This document shows positions 58,612 to 64,000 of a stretch of DNA of 64,000 nucleotides, piece after piece. Each line of letters opens with the position of its first letter. Position 1 is the stretch's first letter. Origin of the DNA: Reclinomonas americana ATCC 50394 (taxonomy: Eukaryota). A program made the position numbers and the translations under genes. Location: the NCBI GenBank assembly GCA_048213135.1, contig PS015009.1, positions 2,170,001 to 2,234,000 on the forward strand. The letters run 5' to 3'. The notes under the pieces are model-generated. The model had not been told where the DNA came from and made no database searches. It was given only the letters and a program-made list of their open reading frames with translations.

Positions 58612-58709
58612 AGTCGCAAGTATCAAGTAGCAAGTAGCGAGACGAACTCTTCCGTATTTGAAGCGTATTCTTTCTTGATACCTGATACTTAATACTCACT
58701 ACTCTTACT
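58612..58709. mobile_element. Gene-less element: inverted AGTAKCA heptamer arrays around a ~30-bp core (MITE-like)
   Basis: AGTCGCA AGTATCA AGTAGCA AGTAGCG ... TGATACC TGATACT TAATACT CACTACT; shares AGTATCAAGTAGCAAG and CCTGATACTYAATACT with the flanks of 61108-61467. Confidence 0.6.
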
Positions 58710-58733
58710 AAAACAACCAAAGACTAACGACTC

Positions 58734-59447
58734 ATGACTAATTTCCTCTTCGAACTCATCGGCACTGCCTTCCTCATTTTACTGGGCGACGGGGTAGTGG
58801 CCAATGTGGTACTGAGCAAAACAAAAGGCAATAACAGCGGCTGGATCGTGATCACTTTCGGGTGGGCGATGGCCGTTTTTGTTGGTGTTTATATAGCGGC
58901 CCCCCACAGCGGGGCGCACCTGAATCCTGCCGTAAGTGTGGCGCTGGCCACAGCGGGAAAATTTCCATGGGACCAGGTGCCCATATATATAGCCGGGCAG
59001 TTTGCCGGGGCCATGCTGGGTTCCCTGCTCGTATGGGTGGGATATAAGCAGCATTTCGATGCCACGCAGGACGCCGATGCCAAACTGGCTGTATTCTGTA
59101 ACAGTCCGGCTGTACGCAGTACCGTTCACAACCTGCTGACCGAGATTATCGGTACCATGGTGCTGGTACTGGGTGTAATGTATATGACGGCTCCCGGGGT
59201 AAAACTGGGCACCCTGGATGCCTTGCCGGTAGGTTTACTGGTGCTGGCCATCGGGCTAAGTCTTGGCGGACCAACAGGTTATGCCATCAATCCTGCCCGC
59301 GACCTGGGTCCCCGTATCATGCATGCTATCCTGCCCGTTAAAGGGAAAAGGGACAGCGACTGGGGGTACAGCTGGATACCCGTGGCAGGCCCGCTTGCGG
59401 GGGCGGTACTGGCCGCTCTCCTGTATGGCCTTATCCCGCAGGGTTAA
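58734..59447 (+). CDS. glpF: Glycerol uptake facilitator (MIP)
   Basis: Two NPA motifs (HLNPAV, AINPARD); adjacent to glpK. Confidence 0.93.
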   Translation: MTNFLFELIGTAFLILLGDGVVANVVLSKTKGNNSGWIVITFGWAMAVFVGVYIAAPHSGAHLNPAVSVALATAGKFPWDQVPIYIAGQFAGAMLGSLLVWVGYKQHFDATQDADAKLAVFCNSPAVRSTVHNLLTEIIGTMVLVLGVMYMTAPGVKLGTLDALPVGLLVLAIGLSLGGPTGYAINPARDLGPRIMHAILPVKGKRDSDWGYSWIPVAGPLAGAVLAALLYGLIPQG

Positions 59448-61058
<1,611 letters not shown>

Positions 61059-61060
61059 TA

Positions 61061-61090
61061 GAGTTTAGTAGTGAGTATCAAGTAGCAAGA
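61061..61090. repeat. Left heptamer array of the four-helix-bundle element
   Basis: GAGTTT AGTAGTG AGTATCA AGTAGCA AGA. Confidence 0.85.
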
Positions 61091-61107
61091 AAAGAGGAGG
61101 ATGAGTA

Positions 61108-61467
61108 ATGAGGGTGCATAACTTTAAAGAGTTACAGGTATGGAAAAATGCTATTGAACTTGCAGAGTTTATCTATCGGCTTACTACTAATTTCCCGAGG
61201 GAAGAAAAATTCGGACTGACTTCACAGATACAACGATGTGCTGTCTCGATTCCGTCAAATATAGCTGAAGGCGCCGGCAGGGTATCGAAAAAGGAGTTTC
61301 AGCATTTTATAAGTATCGCAATGGGGTCGGCGTTTGAATTGGAAACACAGATCTTTCTTGCTTCGCGGTTTAATTATATAAGTGCAGAGCAGCTGGCAGA
61401 GTTTGAAGTTAAAATGACTGCGATACAGAAAATGGCATTTGGATTGTTTAACAGCTTGGAAAAGTAA
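61108..61467 (+). CDS. Four-helix-bundle protein (23S rRNA IVP/S23-like, Avd-related fold)
   Basis: F.EL.VW.NA..L...IY.LT..FP.EEKFGLTSQIQR.AVSIPSNIAEG.GR....F..F..IA.GS..ELETQ. Confidence 0.92.
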   Translation: MRVHNFKELQVWKNAIELAEFIYRLTTNFPREEKFGLTSQIQRCAVSIPSNIAEGAGRVSKKEFQHFISIAMGSAFELETQIFLASRFNYISAEQLAEFEVKMTAIQKMAFGLFNSLEK

Positions 61468-61478
61468 TAGGTTGCCAA

Positions 61479-61508
61479 TCCTGATACTCAATACTTGCTA
61501 CTAAATAC
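61479..61508. repeat. Right (inverted) heptamer array of the four-helix-bundle element
   Basis: TCC TGATACT CAATACT TGCTACT AAATAC, an imperfect reverse complement of the left array. Confidence 0.85.
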
Positions 61509-61513
61509 AGATT

Positions 61514-61765
61514 ATGGTACTTGAAATATTGACACCGGAAAAAAAGATCTTCAGCGGCGACGTATACGGCGTTCAGTTGCCGGGCATTGAAGGTTCATTC
61601 GAAGTGCTCGACAGGCACGCACCACTGGTAAGTGCGCTGAAATCCGGTAAGCTGAAGATACTGAAAGATAAAACTGCAACCAGTTCCTATACCATCCAGG
61701 GCGGTTTCGTTGAGGTACTCAATAACAAAGCAACTGTGCTGGTGGAAGGAGCGGAAGAGTTGTAA
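61514..61765 (+). CDS. atpC: F1F0 ATP synthase epsilon subunit (short form)
   Basis: LEILTPEK, LPG.EG.F.VL..HAPL, GGFVEV. Confidence 0.93.
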   Translation: MVLEILTPEKKIFSGDVYGVQLPGIEGSFEVLDRHAPLVSALKSGKLKILKDKTATSSYTIQGGFVEVLNNKATVLVEGAEEL

Positions 61766-61789
61766 GCATAAACGCATTAATAATTGGAT

Positions 61790-61822
61790 AAGGCCTGCGC
61801 TCTTGCGCGGGCCTCTTTATTT
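61790..61822 (+). terminator. Intrinsic terminator after atpC
   Basis: AGGCCTGCGC-TCTT-GCGCGGGCCT followed by a T-rich tail. Confidence 0.8.
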
Positions 61823-61852
61823 TAACGACCAGCACAGATGGTAACTGCTCTT

Positions 61853-62815
61853 TTAATCAAATTGATGCTTGAGTTGTACATAACTCCGGGCACAAAAAGG
61901 GAGCACGATCAGCAACAACCAGCACCAGTGTGAGCCCGTCAGCCAGACAGCCACACCGGTAATAAGCAACAGGTAAACCGGGTAAAGAAGGAAGAGTAAC
62001 CCCACGATCACGGAGTCGTAATGATCATTGTGTTTGGTCCGTGGCCAGGTGAGTTTTTTGATGGGGAAGAATAACGGGGCATGTACAAGCCAGCCCGCAG
62101 CAGCCGGAACAGCCAGCAGTATTTTTTTCAGCAGCGGCACCTTTACCTCAAATGTATTGCGGATGCCTTCTTTGTCCGACGCGTCCTTTTCAATCACCAA
62201 CTCTTTCAACTGGTTGCCCAGGTTATTGTTGAACATCACCACGGAACGGCCGTAGGTACCATCCAGTATAACATCTTCACGGGTGATCAGCTGACCAAAA
62301 CGGATCTGCATATTCTTACCGAAAGTATGAAAGGAACTGTAGTTGATGCCGGCGGGAAGAACGGTTAAGGGGATGCCATCCTGCCAGCTGCTGATCGCCA
62401 GCCGGGCCGTGCCTTTTTTTAAGGGACGCAAATGCCATTCATTGATACATCGCCCTTCACTGAAAATAAGCACAATGCCATTGCGTTTGAAAAGTTCTTT
62501 ACAATCGTCGAAGGTTTTGTAATTGTGATCGAGGTTTTCAACGCCTTCACTTACACGATAAACAGGGAACATGTTGAGTGAGCGTAAGAGTTTCGCGTAA
62601 AAAGGTTTGCCGAATGCATCACCGCGGGCCAGGGAGTACACTGGTTTGCGGAACAAGGTAGACAGTATGATCGCGTCGAGAAAAGAGTTGGGATGATTGC
62701 AGGCGATGAGCAGCGGTCCTTCGTGCTGTAACCACGACCGGTCATTGATCTGCACCGATCTGCAATAGATCAGCAATGCCAGTTTCGCCGGTATTTTCAG
62801 GAGGTCGTAAAGCAA
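61853..62815 (-). CDS. PlsC-like glycerolipid acyltransferase
   Basis: NHPNSFLD, FPVYR, FSEG, KKGTAR. Confidence 0.85.
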   Translation of the reverse strand: MLYDLLKIPAKLALLIYCRSVQINDRSWLQHEGPLLIACNHPNSFLDAIILSTLFRKPVYSLARGDAFGKPFYAKLLRSLNMFPVYRVSEGVENLDHNYKTFDDCKELFKRNGIVLIFSEGRCINEWHLRPLKKGTARLAISSWQDGIPLTVLPAGINYSSFHTFGKNMQIRFGQLITREDVILDGTYGRSVVMFNNNLGNQLKELVIEKDASDKEGIRNTFEVKVPLLKKILLAVPAAAGWLVHAPLFFPIKKLTWPRTKHNDHYDSVIVGLLFLLYPVYLLLITGVAVWLTGSHWCWLLLIVLPFCARSYVQLKHQFD

Positions 62816-62842
62816 ACAGCTTGTTTTTCGGTTGCGGGTGTA

Positions 62843-63394
62843 TTAATTCAGTTGCGGGTCGATCGGGAAGTTGATCATCATTTCATATTCACCACCCAGT
62901 CTTTTTAAACTGTTCTTCCACACATCGCCGTGATGGGTATCAAAGACCAGGTTTCGGGTAGCGTCAACAGTTACCCAGCTTTTTTCTTTCAGTTCACCGG
63001 TCAGCTGGCCTTCTCCCCAGCCGCTGTACCCGATAAAGAATTTTACTTTATTCAGGTCAATGGCATTATTGACGATGAGTTGTGTCAGCACTTCAAAATC
63101 ACCACCCCAGTAAATGCCGTTGCTTACCTCTACAGCGTCGGGCACCATGTCGGGGTACTGGTGAAGGAAATGGATCGTATCCATCTGTACAGGGCCGCCA
63201 TGATAAACCGGTATAGGAAAGCCTTCCAGCGCGCTGATGAGTTCATCGATCGTTTGCTCAAACAGTTTGTTCAGCACAAAACCAAAACTCCCCTGTTCGC
63301 GGTGTTCACAAAGGAAAACCACCGTTCTGCTGAAATTCGGGTCTTTAAGAAAAGGATCTGCTATAAGTAATATGCCGGGTCCTGGTTCAATCAT
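62843..63394 (-). CDS. YqgE/AlgH family protein
   Basis: DPNFSRTVV..CEH, GFVLN, GGPV, GYSGW..GQL..E. Confidence 0.92.
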   Translation of the reverse strand: MIEPGPGILLIADPFLKDPNFSRTVVFLCEHREQGSFGFVLNKLFEQTIDELISALEGFPIPVYHGGPVQMDTIHFLHQYPDMVPDAVEVSNGIYWGGDFEVLTQLIVNNAIDLNKVKFFIGYSGWGEGQLTGELKEKSWVTVDATRNLVFDTHHGDVWKNSLKRLGGEYEMMINFPIDPQLN

Positions 63395-63520
63395 GAACCT
63401 AATTTAGTATTAATCTTCGAATGTGCCACTTGTATCAGGTTTGTTAAATTTCCCGTTTCAGGAAATTGCCTTATTTTACAGCAGCCTAACCAGCGTATTT
63501 TTGTATTCATTATTTGCTTG

Positions 63521-64000
63521 ATGAAAAGAATTCTTCCTGTTATCACCATCCTGATCCTGCTCTCCCTTCTCGGGCTGATCTTTTTCCAGTTTCTCTGGAT
63601 CGAGAGTGCCAGGGGGGCGAAGGATAAGCAAATAGAGGAAAGCATCGTTCATGCTATGGCAGAAGCGGCTATAACGCTCACCCAGGACAAATCCTCCATA
63701 CTGCCGATGCCGAAAAAGAACGACTTATTGTTTCCCACCGACCGCTTGCAGACACAGTATTTCCGGCCTTCGGTTATACAGCGTTATTCCCGCGATGAAA
63801 TATACGAGGTCATCCGCCGGGCATTCAATAAAAACAACCTGCAGAACTACCCGTTTGAGTTTGCCGTAACGGTGAACACACTCAATGGGGGACAAATACT
63901 TTCGGAAGGTTTTTACAATCTCTATATCGACTCTGCCAATAATAAAAACCATGTGATCGCACTTGAACCGCAAAGCGGTACTAATTTCGAGAACCTCGTC
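63521..64000 (+). CDS. 3'-truncated membrane protein, probably a sensor histidine kinase N-terminus
   Basis: MKRILPVITILILLSLLGLIFFQFLWI...; frame open to the window end; catalytic domains lie outside the window. Confidence 0.6.
   Translation, partial: MKRILPVITILILLSLLGLIFFQFLWIESARGAKDKQIEESIVHAMAEAAITLTQDKSSILPMPKKNDLLFPTDRLQTQYFRPSVIQRYSRDEIYEVIRRAFNKNNLQNYPFEFAVTVNTLNGGQILSEGFYNLYIDSANNKNHVIALEPQSGTNFENLV

Noticed and set aside
57120-59447. glpK-glpF without glpD
   Set aside because: glpD may lie elsewhere in the genome; absence from one window is uninformative.
61108-61467. Diversity-generating retroelement or rRNA intervening sequence
   Set aside because: No reverse transcriptase, TR/VR pair or rRNA is present in the window; only the fold family is shared.

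Overview
A 64-kb, mostly housekeeping chromosomal segment from a Bacteroidota genome, probably Chitinophagaceae-like. The assignment rests on the ubiE-porT pair, T9SS C-terminal domains, TAnnTTTG promoter boxes and a stand-alone atpD-atpC unit. About 63 CDS are supported, including pyrD, a thiolase, pepE, nfi, dnaX, pdhC, engB, ubiE/menG, porT, pyrC, comM, glpK, glpF, atpD, atpC, three LytS-like kinase/LytTR pairs and two TonB-type outer-membrane receptors. No rRNA, tRNA, cas, integrase or transposase gene was recognised. Main signals: (1) a four-helix-bundle (23S-IVP/S23/Avd-like) gene inside atpD-atpC, flanked by inverted heptamer arrays, with a gene-less copy of the same element between glpK and glpF and many other 7/8/9-bp arrays in intergenic gaps; (2) a ~94-bp hairpin-bearing repeat, three copies in tandem plus one dispersed; (3) an A9 slippage site in dnaX with stops right after it in both shifted frames; (4) an operon for a small T9SS protein plus a phage-tail-fibre-like protein, preceded by LytTR-type boxes; (5) two candidate leader/arrest ORFs, one ending RGPP before a TonB receptor and one ending PSHNFW before a K+/H+ antiporter; (6) a possible stand-alone propeptide gene before a T9SS zinc protease; (7) an unannotated, diverged 5' fragment of a VOC gene bracketing a two-gene insert. 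All family calls come from motif recognition by eye, not database searches. Several starts were moved downstream of the ORF-track start.
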